Source: Candidatus Saccharimonadota bacterium
GTDB lineage: Bacteria; Patescibacteriota; Microgenomatia; UBA1406; GWC2-37-13
Length of the DNA stretch: 32,000 nucleotides
Direction: 5' to 3'
Assembly (NCBI GenBank): GCA_001790095.1
Contig: MGBH01000001.1
Location: forward strand, 900,001 to 932,000
The notes beneath the pieces were generated by a model, which was not told the DNA's origin, ran no database searches, and saw nothing but the letters and a program-made list of their open reading frames with translations. The translations under genes were made by a program, and so were the position numbers. Positions 8,501 through 16,859 of this stretch are shown here, piece by piece. The first letter of the stretch is position 1. Each line of letters opens with the position of its first letter.

Positions 8501-11284
8501 TGTTTCAATATATGGAAGCATTCTCTTAAATATTTCAGGATTTAGCCTTGCAGCTCGTATCACCTGTTCTGTTACTATTTCACCGATTGTTTTTGTCGCT
8601 TTGGCACCTTGCCCCGAAGCTTCTCTTGCATCAAGCGCAATAGCGATAGGTGAATTAATGACATCATGAATCACTTGATATGTAAGTCTCATTTGAAGAT
8701 CTAGATTGGTTGTTTTAACCATCATGTCAAAAGCATTCTGTACTTCAGCCTCAAGAAATGCAAGTGATGATTCTGAGTCCATAAGAGCAATTCTTTGAGC
8801 TAAAGCATCTCGTTGTCTTTGCAAATATCCGTCCAAATCAATTACTCCACCAGCTCTATATCTAGGCGCATCAAGTAATCTCATATGTTCACTCCAAAAT
8901 CCATTACTTCTCTCAACTGCTTGATCAGGCTGACCAACTATTTGTAAAGCTATTTGGCTGAACGCTTCTGTCAACTGCTCTGTAGCTGTCAACACTGCTA
9001 CCAATCTTTTCCCATGACCTTCGGTTAATTTACCTGGCATATCATCGCCAGTTACTACTCGTTGAGTATTTATCACAATATACATCTGCTGTGCCGGCTC
9101 AAAAGTTTGAGCTAAGCTTAGTAAACGTCTTTGTTCTTCAGCAAGAACATCATTAATCCTTTGATATTCTGTTCCTATTCCATAAGTTCTATCAAACAAA
9201 GCATCTACCAATCCTTGAGGGTATGCCACAGTAGTACCAACTGTGCGGAAATATTCATTGGCACCAACTGTTAATGCACCATTTTTTACTACAAGAGCAT
9301 CAAGGTCATCAATCATTCCAGTATGTGGCATTATGCGTACCCCTCCCAAATATGTATCTTTTCCAAGAGCATATGTATCTTTTAAGGCAGGAAGATTCTG
9401 TGTTCTGCCTAATACATTAAGGGCTTCTTGAACAATCCTTTGATCAGCTTTATACAATCCATTTTGTTCTGTACCTTTTGCTAAGCCATAAAACGGATTT
9501 CCAGAACAATCAACAAGTCGTTGCCACATTTCACGTATTGGTCCTTGTCTAAGGGCCATTTCAGCTTGATTTTGTATTTGCTCTTTTTGTCTTTGATCAT
9601 TTCCCTTATATAGCTTTAAAGCATCTGCACGAGCTTGTTCGATATTAGTGTTTAACTCAGCATTTCCATTTTCATAATGTACGGTTATGTCTTGTGCCAA
9701 ACCTTCAGCAAGTCTTGGAAGTCTTTTTTCAGTGGTTGCTTCGTTGTACATACGAATCAACTGTCCTTGTGTTGCTAGATCCTGTACTTGGGTAATTGCT
9801 GGTTTAATTTGTTGAAGAGCCTGATACACATGAAGTTGTGCATAAGGATCAAAGGGAGCTGCCGCTTCGGCAAGCGCATTCAGATCTCTTACGATTTCAT
9901 CTTGTACACAAGCTCCTGGTTGATTTGGATGTACTGGATATCCAAGAGCACCATATATTGGATTTCGCATTTGAGCAACCAACTCAGCTACTCGCCGTTG
10001 TGGATCTGCAAGATAAACTTGTTGATTTAAATAATCTCTTCCTGCTCTAAGTCCATCACGGTTCAAATCTTGAAGCAATGTCACCAAATCTCGAACTGGA
10101 TATCTTTCAAGTGCTCCTTGAGTATGATTTACTGTTGGCAAAGTAGTATTTGCACCAAAGACGATCTCATTCCCTCCTAATAAAACTTCTTTACCAGCAC
10201 TGATAAATGCTGCTTGTGTAGGAGCATCAAAAGTGCCAAGATTTACAACAGTTTCAGCAATTTCTCTTCTTGCTGCTTCAATTGCAGCCATACTTCCTCC
10301 AGGTAAGCCAGACAAAGGATGAGTAACGTGCTCTATCTGTTCGTTCCAGAAAGCTAATGCAACCGAACGTAATGCATCATAGGTTGCCCTATGCGCATCA
10401 ACACTATTAGTTTGTGCTTGTGCTTCTGTTAAGCTTACTCCTCTTAAAGCTTGGCTTAAAGCATTTTCTCGTTGTTCTAAAATTCGAACAGAAAAATTAT
10501 GAGCTCCTACTTCAAAAGTCTGTTTTGTTCCGGCTATCATTTCAGCTACAATAGCCCTTGCTTTTATACGTTTTCCAGACTTTGATGTGACTCGTGCATT
10601 TGTTTCATTAAGCAGTGTCAATAAATTGCCACCGACAGCAGCGCGTGCATCACCCTCTAATTCATTAACCGCTTGAGACGCAAGAAATGCATCATACTCT
10701 ACTTGAACGGGAGATTTATCCACATCGTCATATCCTTCTGGAATGATAAGTGGATGCGTCCCATCAGGTCCCATCTTCGTATGAGTTATTAATGAAGCTG
10801 CACGAGGAATGATTAAACCACTTTTTGTTGCTACATCTGCTGGAATACCTTGCTGTAGTAATTCAACTTCTTGTAAAAATCTTCTTTCCCAACCATGTTC
10901 AATATGTGGATTTGAAAGCAGTTCCGCGTATAACTCTTTAATTCTAGCTCTTACTACAGGCTCTCCTGTATTTGCATAAATATCTTGAAGGACTCGCTCT
11001 CCATATGTGATAAAAGGAACAACATTATCTCCTGGTTCACTTGCTAATCCTTGCATTCCAATTACGGGTACCTGCACAACACCTCTTGATTTATCAAAAT
11101 AGCGACTCGTAACACCAAGTGTAGAATTATCCAAACTATAAAGTGGATCCCAGTAAGATGCAGGGTTTGTAACCGGCCCTCTTAATAATGTTCCTACTCT
11201 TTTTTGAATGGGAATTGTAAACGCTGGTTCAAATCTTCTTAACCCTAAAAATCCTGCTCCCTTTCGTTCAGTAATTTTACTCAT
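5588..11284 (-). CDS. Giant hypothetical protein, 1,898 aa, predicted cytoplasmic, with no domain recognised
   Basis: An uninterrupted 5.7-kb ORF with an ATG start. I could find no signal peptide, hydrophobic segment of 20 aa or more, Walker A or HExxH. The sequence is rich in A/L/Q/G/T/R and poor in Lys, with a Gly-rich hinge PTGEGGGVGGGNVGIAIGG. Confidence 0.85.
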   Translation of the reverse strand: MSKITERKGAGFLGLRRFEPAFTIPIQKRVGTLLRGPVTNPASYWDPLYSLDNSTLGVTSRYFDKSRGVVQVPVIGMQGLASEPGDNVVPFITYGERVLQDIYANTGEPVVRARIKELYAELLSNPHIEHGWERRFLQEVELLQQGIPADVATKSGLIIPRAASLITHTKMGPDGTHPLIIPEGYDDVDKSPVQVEYDAFLASQAVNELEGDARAAVGGNLLTLLNETNARVTSKSGKRIKARAIVAEMIAGTKQTFEVGAHNFSVRILEQRENALSQALRGVSLTEAQAQTNSVDAHRATYDALRSVALAFWNEQIEHVTHPLSGLPGGSMAAIEAARREIAETVVNLGTFDAPTQAAFISAGKEVLLGGNEIVFGANTTLPTVNHTQGALERYPVRDLVTLLQDLNRDGLRAGRDYLNQQVYLADPQRRVAELVAQMRNPIYGALGYPVHPNQPGACVQDEIVRDLNALAEAAAPFDPYAQLHVYQALQQIKPAITQVQDLATQGQLIRMYNEATTEKRLPRLAEGLAQDITVHYENGNAELNTNIEQARADALKLYKGNDQRQKEQIQNQAEMALRQGPIREMWQRLVDCSGNPFYGLAKGTEQNGLYKADQRIVQEALNVLGRTQNLPALKDTYALGKDTYLGGVRIMPHTGMIDDLDALVVKNGALTVGANEYFRTVGTTVAYPQGLVDALFDRTYGIGTEYQRINDVLAEEQRRLLSLAQTFEPAQQMYIVINTQRVVTGDDMPGKLTEGHGKRLVAVLTATEQLTEAFSQIALQIVGQPDQAVERSNGFWSEHMRLLDAPRYRAGGVIDLDGYLQRQRDALAQRIALMDSESSLAFLEAEVQNAFDMMVKTTNLDLQMRLTYQVIHDVINSPIAIALDAREASGQGAKATKTIGEIVTEQVIRAARLNPEIFKRMLPYIETKNKKPPEEQALFVMLLALARFETLTHAAGTPVQAEKWNVLVEATVASIENAYRIMRSGLDSAWMEVESFYMMADPLAVFEIASPLVAGRIAKDARKGKREVRLQAQREIAEHSEWTQAQKAYAYYERTGTIPLNKELQRAWDGDILAILDLADDMSASNPKARGGGFETLFRHTGDIAVVLRDPNQRMSWLSDPDLKNSPEGHEVAAGLLRTMYGLFHDQLRASALNRSLDYPLWQDALAKLRAKPPVTLTEQESTGLLNAKMQARLATQLLMNGALYATREGTFDPVKEETRQLFFDDLTDILLDTQGRTFNPMVRRAALEVLHQWAGNYSNESLTLMYDMLVQKLRENTGAHWKIDDGTTWLGIARATALKANTAIEGGAKPPYREAQARIVLGATLDLLERYAAIGGMARRSPIGTAVHDQVEIYRKGENGYELIPVETGLIKPPKSLLVVDDAGHLSLKDGTLGRSFLHSAVAFIKQFGDVTLDAVEGSCPAEAARVRLIPTLRRLGQDDLLIYATTHKDMRPPMDPTGLIAQSEAVTSQIAQAALTVADQLSQVINMVRGRMATGIEIDPTTGLIKSIEGAPALTAQLVAEANQRYEKLRKDTNIEAHEETASGFTSETVSAAPNSSGLSLAASLVEKLGSGQVDFGQILGVIGQELQLLLQQDQTPPLPTGEGGGVGGGNVGIAIGGDRANQALEFLTVASYMAAQRSQNQAVTADAVRGTLQAAFADRANVRELLAGMLKETGDVELTAGINKLRIAALDLVAAALTDEAEREKILREARTGMFRQEAAMINQTAVLQAAYDKKVIELATTNQTDLLTQMEAEWGLFKGTRQAYLTAAKNTLKQLEDRLPTLMLDYLKSILTRPDAMIKFLREYGEWIKTLSDSESPFVTLLDDYRAHFASVGLPGVVLTPPTPQALIAETRGVEAAQNIAQLVGNTPNPKTQEALPEGGDGRVIIEVSPEEK

Positions 11285-11291
11285 AGTATGT

Positions 11292-11320
11292 ATTATAACA
11301 AATAACTATAGTATTTTCAA
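11292..11320 (-). promoter_or_regulatory. Consensus sigma70-type promoter of the giant gene, leaderless layout
   Basis: The minus strand reads TTGAAA(11315-11320)-17 nt-TGtTATAAT(11292-11297)-acatact-ATG. The spacer contains the 8-bp palindrome ACTATAGT. Confidence 0.5.
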
Positions 11321-11404
11321 CTTTTACTATAGACTATTAAACTAAGTTATATATTAATTAATAATAAAAAATTTAAATATATATAATATACTTATAATAA
11401 ATTA

Positions 11405-14191
11405 TTAGAGGAATGACAATACTTCTAATAATCGCTCTCTTGTAAATCTGGGATATGTTATTCCATCAATTTGAAATAGTATTACGTTTTCTGGATTAAG
11501 TAATAGATGTATACATTCTCGCAATCTCCTTTTATTCATTTCTTGTTTTACAGATAGCGATCCTCTTACCTTACCACTATCCATAAAACGATCAACGTCT
11601 GTATGTATTTTTTCCAGGACTTGAACCATAGTCTGAATCACTAGGCCTTTGTGAGCTTCAGTATCTTTTGTTCTTAACATATTAATAAGTATAGTTAGAC
11701 TTTCTGCATAATCCAGCTTGATTGACTTTTTTCTCTCTTTTCCTTTTGTTGCTCTACGAATTTTTTGTTCGGGTACATGTTGAAATGCTGGATTGACAAG
11801 AGCTAAAGCTTTTGAAAGCCGTACTTTATTACCGAACGTACTACCATATTCTTTTTTTTGCCCTGGAGTTAGATGTTTTGAGTTCAATCCTTCTCTTATT
11901 CTTAACAATTTATCTGGTGGTATATGACCAACTTGTAACTCATCTATCGCTGCTTTTAATTTTGGTGGATACTCCTTTTTCTGCTTCCTTTCATAGATAG
12001 CTACACCAAGAGCAGTTGCCACAGTAGTATTAAAAAGTCCAAGTCCAATGATACCAACTTCAGCAGATACTTCGACAACCTTTTGTAATAATGGATCAAC
12101 ATCTGGAGCTTGAGCTTCGGCTACAAATTGTGCCGGATGCCCTGCATCATCATACATAGTTAGAGTAATCGTCGCTTTATTTTCCAACCATGGCGTATCG
12201 CACGTAACCGTTGACTGACTTCTATCTTGTGCTACTGAAGCTAGGTGACAAATCACCTGATCATTATTTCCTGTGATATCTTTAGTTTGTGTGCGAATCC
12301 ATAGTAATATCTCTGAAAGCGGCTGACCAAATATGTGGGTATCTTGCCAGGGAGCAGGTTGAGAACCCTGAGATTGTGTTATATCCAATGCAAGATTATG
12401 TTGAGGATCAGGATGAATAAGAAGTATATTTATCGTACGTCCGCCATGATCGTTTGGCTGCTGAGAAACGACCTGGACTGTTACTCCGGCAAATGGAGAG
12501 TACCCTGGTTCAAGGACGCTTAACTGCTCACTACAGTTACCCAATATTCCACACGCCTGTACAAAACTTGTTCTTCCTGTATCTCCTGGTTCAGGCCTAT
12601 CGGTAAACAAAGCAACACCCAACTCATTTACTCCTGAAGATTCTGCTTGATTATCTACTGTTCGTGTTACTGAACATGGATCGCCAACAGGAGTCTCCGC
12701 ACAAGTTGCATCAAGTACTCTCGTGGCATCTTGTATTGCTACATGTATGGCCGTTAGGGTAGGTGGAGGAAGAGATCTCATAAATGCTTCAAATGCAGTG
12801 TTTTGACCTGAGAACTGTACCTCACCCGCTACTCTTCCATCTGGGTCACTTATGGAAATCGGTATGATGGCCATATGAGTATCTGCACCTATTGAAATAC
12901 GAGTTCCATCTTCCAATACGATGTCCCCCATCCCATTACATAAAACTGGAAAATTAACTGTATTTGAGGCAGCGTCAAACTGTGCTCCGTCTGCACCTTC
13001 TCCTTGTAGACAGGTAGTAGGAAGCGCTGCGGTTGTTTCTCCTGAATTTTCATTTCCATGATTATCTATTGTGGTAAATCCTCGGGTCCGAATTGATCCA
13101 TCGATGGGTAATATAGCGGTGCCGTCTTCTATTACTACTCTATCTCCTCCGTCTGTAGGTATTATCCTCCCCTGTCCATCACAAGTAAGCGCAGCGGCAC
13201 CTTCACCCACAATGCCTGTTTGAATACAAATTGTTTCCTTGGTATCAACTTCTCCTGTTATCAAAGCAGCATCTCGAGCTCCTTCATCACATCCTCCTTG
13301 TCCATCTAGTGGCGCCATTGAAACAGTTAAAGCAATGGGTCCTTCTTGACCATCTACCGGTATGATATCTAGGCCAAGCCCTCCATCATCCAGTGTCACC
13401 TCTGCGCTTTGTACTGGAGATAAAACACCTTCTATTGTTGCGCATGCAGGAGACATTTCGTTACTACGGTTCCCATCAAGAACAACACGAGTTGGATCAA
13501 CTATCGTCTCCCCAAGAGCAACATCATCAATCTGAGGTGGTTCGGGTGGCATGGGAACATCAACAGATATTTGTACTAATCCATCAGGAGAAGGCTCACC
13601 ACAGATCGGTTCTCCTTGGCTTGACGCATTTAAACAATTTTCTGCGTTAACCTGTAGGGTCCCTGACCCTACTATTCCTAAATCAAAACATTGTTCACCA
13701 GGAGCTTGATCAGGTAAAGCCACTTGAACAAGTGAGATAACAGCGCCATCCATAGTAACACCACTGACTTGAGGTATTATGTCTGGGTTCGGAAGCTTTA
13801 TCCCTAAACTATTTGCAACAGCTGAAACACCAAGCAAGTGTGCGGTTTCATCTGTTTGAGATAAACCCACACAAACTTGTACAGGTGATCCTAATGGCAG
13901 ATTGCCACTTGAAGGAAAAAACCTAACATCAGGCGATCCTAATTCGCTTTGAATTGCAGCAACTTGCTCTGCACTTAAGTTTAAATCTTCTAAATCTGTA
14001 GTAGATTCTACAGCTGGGGCAGAACCATTACAAGCAGTGGTAGTTAGTGCTAACGCTGTTCCTGAGACAATGAATTGCACAGGTCCTTTTGACGGAAGAT
14101 GACCCTGACCACCACCCACTTTTACACCTTCACCAGATACATCGGTTGGGGGGTTCATTTTAGCAGAATGTCTTATGTGGAGCTCTCCCAT
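11405..14191 (-). CDS. Membrane-anchored Cys-rich surface protein (about 928 aa): lipoprotein-like signal, large ectodomain, one TM helix and a basic cytoplasmic tail
   Basis: The N-terminus reads ..SKGPVQFIVSGTALALTTTAC (lipobox-like). I count 17 Cys between track residues 66 and 676. The TM helix VGIIGLGLFNTTVATALGVAIY (11993-12061) is followed by ERKQKKEY... and a K/R-rich tail of about 195 aa. The ATG at 14189-14191 is preferred over the track's TTG at 14227, which coincides with a -35 box. Confidence 0.8.
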   Translation of the reverse strand: MGELHIRHSAKMNPPTDVSGEGVKVGGGQGHLPSKGPVQFIVSGTALALTTTACNGSAPAVESTTDLEDLNLSAEQVAAIQSELGSPDVRFFPSSGNLPLGSPVQVCVGLSQTDETAHLLGVSAVANSLGIKLPNPDIIPQVSGVTMDGAVISLVQVALPDQAPGEQCFDLGIVGSGTLQVNAENCLNASSQGEPICGEPSPDGLVQISVDVPMPPEPPQIDDVALGETIVDPTRVVLDGNRSNEMSPACATIEGVLSPVQSAEVTLDDGGLGLDIIPVDGQEGPIALTVSMAPLDGQGGCDEGARDAALITGEVDTKETICIQTGIVGEGAAALTCDGQGRIIPTDGGDRVVIEDGTAILPIDGSIRTRGFTTIDNHGNENSGETTAALPTTCLQGEGADGAQFDAASNTVNFPVLCNGMGDIVLEDGTRISIGADTHMAIIPISISDPDGRVAGEVQFSGQNTAFEAFMRSLPPPTLTAIHVAIQDATRVLDATCAETPVGDPCSVTRTVDNQAESSGVNELGVALFTDRPEPGDTGRTSFVQACGILGNCSEQLSVLEPGYSPFAGVTVQVVSQQPNDHGGRTINILLIHPDPQHNLALDITQSQGSQPAPWQDTHIFGQPLSEILLWIRTQTKDITGNNDQVICHLASVAQDRSQSTVTCDTPWLENKATITLTMYDDAGHPAQFVAEAQAPDVDPLLQKVVEVSAEVGIIGLGLFNTTVATALGVAIYERKQKKEYPPKLKAAIDELQVGHIPPDKLLRIREGLNSKHLTPGQKKEYGSTFGNKVRLSKALALVNPAFQHVPEQKIRRATKGKERKKSIKLDYAESLTILINMLRTKDTEAHKGLVIQTMVQVLEKIHTDVDRFMDSGKVRGSLSVKQEMNKRRLRECIHLLLNPENVILFQIDGITYPRFTRERLLEVLSFL

Positions 14192-14198
14192 GGGGTGT

Positions 14199-14227
14199 AT
14201 TATACCAAAAACTATAGGAACTTTCAA
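14199..14227 (-). promoter_or_regulatory. Consensus sigma70-type promoter of the 928-aa gene, leaderless layout
   Basis: The minus strand reads TTGAAA(14222-14227)-17 nt-TGgTATAAT(14199-14204)-acacccc-ATG(14191). The spacer contains CTATAG. Confidence 0.5.
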
Positions 14228-14295
14228 TCTATACTAAATATGTATATATTATAAAGAAAGTACCTTGTCTTGAGATCGTTTATATCGCAATTTAT

Positions 14296-16842
14296 TTATT
14301 GCATCTTTTCAACTTTCTTTACCAACTTTATACCTATAAAAGATAAAGAAGAGATAAAAACAAATATGACGTAGGTCGTTGGTGAGACGGCTGATATTTT
14401 AAACCATTTTGCAATGGACGGCGTGATAACGATGAAAAACTGAGTCAGAAATGGAAAAGAAAACGCAACCAAAAATACAGGAGTAAGAAGATGCGATAGG
14501 TTCGTATGAAGTGAACGATGGCTTAACCATAGGTCAATAAGGATAAAAGACTGCATAAGAGTCAACACTGAAAAAGCGGCCGCATCAGCGATCCCGTCGG
14601 TCGTAAATCTAAGAAAAACTAAGAAGCTGATCAAGATAAGCAAAGCACCTATAATGCCTAAATATAGGATATATTTACGTTCGTGTGGTTTTAACAAAGT
14701 CATTGATCTGTCAGGTTTTTCACTCATGAGATGAGGGTTGCGCGGGGAAAAACCAAGAGATAGGGCTGGTATACCATCTGTCACCAGGTTGATATAAAGA
14801 AGTTGGATAGGAAAGAAAATATGGTTGAACCCTAAAAGCAACCCTCCAATAAGAGCTATTGCTTCTGTAATATTGCATGAAAGGAGATATTTTATGGCGT
14901 TTTTAAGATTCTTGATGATGTTTCTTCCCTCTTCTATCGCGTTGATTATGGATGCAAAGTTATCATCGGTTATGACCATATCTGCGGTCTCTCGAGCTAC
15001 ATCAGTTCCAACCAGTCCCATCGCAACCCCAACATCTGCCTGTTTGAGCGCTATTGCGTCATTCACACCGTCTCCCGTAACCGCCACTATCTCCCCTAAT
15101 TCTTGATATAGTTTGACGATACGATGTTTGTGGAATGGAGAGGTACGTGCAAATATTTTTACTCGAGGAAGTATTTTTAATAGTTCCTTATCAGAATAAT
15201 TTTCGACTTGCTGTCCGGTCAAAATCTCTCCCCCCTCTTCAATGATGCCAGCAACCACTCCAACTGCCTCTGCTGTTTTCTCATTATCGCCGGTGATCAT
15301 AACCACATTTATTCCTGCATTTTTCGCTCTTGCAACGGCTTCATTCACCTCAGGTCGAGGAGCATCATGGATCGCGACCAGACCTAAGAAAGTCAGGTCA
15401 GTTGAAATCAGCTGAGATCGGCTAGGATCGGTTTTTGTTTGGGCTGATTTCAACTGTTTATAACTAAAAGCAAGCACTCTCAACCCTTTTTTTGCCCACT
15501 TCTCCATCTGATCTTCTATTTTCTTTCTTTCTTCAAGAGTTAATGGTTCTGCCTTGTTTCCTTTTTGTATCGTATTTGATATCTCAAGTATCGATTCTGG
15601 CGCCCCTTTGGAAAAAAGAAGCTTTTCTTTCTGATGACTAACAACAACACTCATCCTTTTTGTCACACTATCAAAAGGGTTTTCGTCTATCGTCACCCAT
15701 TTTTTTCGTACCTCCTCTGTCTGTATCCCTACTTCATGTGCAAGATAAAGAAGCGCTCCTTCAGTCGGATCACCAAGCACGTCATATCTACCATGATCAT
15801 GGACATAAACAAGCGAAGCAGTAGAACAAACAATACCGTTTTGCACCAGCAAAGAGAATGGATGATTTTCCAAACGAGGGAGGTTGTGTATCTCATATAG
15901 TTTGTCATCAACGAACAATTCTGAGACCTTCATCTTATTGGTAGTAAGAGTCCCTGTCTTATCTGTTGCAACAAGAGTAACGCTTCCGAGAGCCTCAATC
16001 GCAGATAATTTGCGAACGATTGATTTGCGCCGCGACATCTCCTTTACGCCAAGAGACAAAGTTATAGTCATAACAGCCGGAAGTCCCTCCGGTACGACAG
16101 CAACCGCAAGAGAGATGGCGAGAAGAAATGCTGGAAAATATCCCGATCCTCTGAAAAATGAAATGATGAATACAAAGATAGCAGCTCCAATACCAATAAG
16201 ACCAATAAGACGTGTAAGATCTTCCAGTTTTTTTTGCAGGGGTGTTTTACTGTCATCTATGACTGATAGATCTTGAGCAATCTTTCCGAATTTTGTTTCC
16301 ATGCCGGTTTTGTTTATCTGAAAGAATCCTCTTCCCTTTGAGACAATCGTCCCTGAAAAAACCTCCTCGTCTTTGCTTTTGGGAACCGGCAATGACTCAC
16401 CGGTCAAAACAGATTCATTAAGTTCTAGATTCATCCCTTCAATGATCACGCCATCTGCCGGAATTTTCACTCCTTCCTCGATAAAACAAACATCTCCACG
16501 TACAAGAAATTTACTTTCTATCTCCGTTTGGATACCATCGCGTATAACTCGTATCTTGGTAATGGTGATTTTTTTCAATGCTTCAATCGCTCCCTCAGCT
16601 TTTGCTTCTTGATACAGACCAAATAATGCATTGAGTATGACGATTGAGACAATAAGGACTCCATCTATAACCTCACCGATGAGCAAAGAAAATAGTGCCG
16701 CCACTATGAGAAGAATTGTTAAGAAGTTGGTAAACTGTGAAAAAAATTTCACCAGTAAACTTTTCTTTTTTTGTTCTGATATGGTATTTAGACCATGTTT
16801 TTTAAGTAGTTCTTCTGCCTGGAGAGTAGTTAAGCCCTTCAT
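14296..16842 (-). CDS. Cation-transporting P-type ATPase, P2 (Ca2+-ATPase-like) type
   Basis: Motifs TGES, PEGLP (TM4), DKTGTLT, TGDN and GDGVNDAIALKQADVG are present. There are about 10 hydrophobic segments over 848 aa. Confidence 0.9.
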   Translation of the reverse strand: MKGLTTLQAEELLKKHGLNTISEQKKKSLLVKFFSQFTNFLTILLIVAALFSLLIGEVIDGVLIVSIVILNALFGLYQEAKAEGAIEALKKITITKIRVIRDGIQTEIESKFLVRGDVCFIEEGVKIPADGVIIEGMNLELNESVLTGESLPVPKSKDEEVFSGTIVSKGRGFFQINKTGMETKFGKIAQDLSVIDDSKTPLQKKLEDLTRLIGLIGIGAAIFVFIISFFRGSGYFPAFLLAISLAVAVVPEGLPAVMTITLSLGVKEMSRRKSIVRKLSAIEALGSVTLVATDKTGTLTTNKMKVSELFVDDKLYEIHNLPRLENHPFSLLVQNGIVCSTASLVYVHDHGRYDVLGDPTEGALLYLAHEVGIQTEEVRKKWVTIDENPFDSVTKRMSVVVSHQKEKLLFSKGAPESILEISNTIQKGNKAEPLTLEERKKIEDQMEKWAKKGLRVLAFSYKQLKSAQTKTDPSRSQLISTDLTFLGLVAIHDAPRPEVNEAVARAKNAGINVVMITGDNEKTAEAVGVVAGIIEEGGEILTGQQVENYSDKELLKILPRVKIFARTSPFHKHRIVKLYQELGEIVAVTGDGVNDAIALKQADVGVAMGLVGTDVARETADMVITDDNFASIINAIEEGRNIIKNLKNAIKYLLSCNITEAIALIGGLLLGFNHIFFPIQLLYINLVTDGIPALSLGFSPRNPHLMSEKPDRSMTLLKPHERKYILYLGIIGALLILISFLVFLRFTTDGIADAAAFSVLTLMQSFILIDLWLSHRSLHTNLSHLLTPVFLVAFSFPFLTQFFIVITPSIAKWFKISAVSPTTYVIFVFISSLSFIGIKLVKKVEKMQ

Positions 16843-16848
16843 ATATGA

Positions 16849-16854
16849 ATTATA
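16849..16854 (-). promoter_or_regulatory. -10 TATAAT 6 nt upstream of the ATPase ATG
   Basis: The minus strand reads tacTATAAT-tcatat-ATG(16842). Confidence 0.35.
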
Positions 16855-16859
16855 TAGTA

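Noticed and set aside
14192-14227. The track's start (TTG at 14225-14227) for the 940-aa ORF, and similarly the TTG at 5521-5523 for the 646-aa ORF.
   Set aside because: The TTG at 14227 is part of a TTGAAA -35 box sitting 17 nt from a TATAAT that lies 7 nt upstream of an in-frame ATG (14191). For the 646-aa ORF, an ATG at 5484 is preceded by TATACT at 6 nt. The downstream ATGs fit the window-wide leaderless pattern better.
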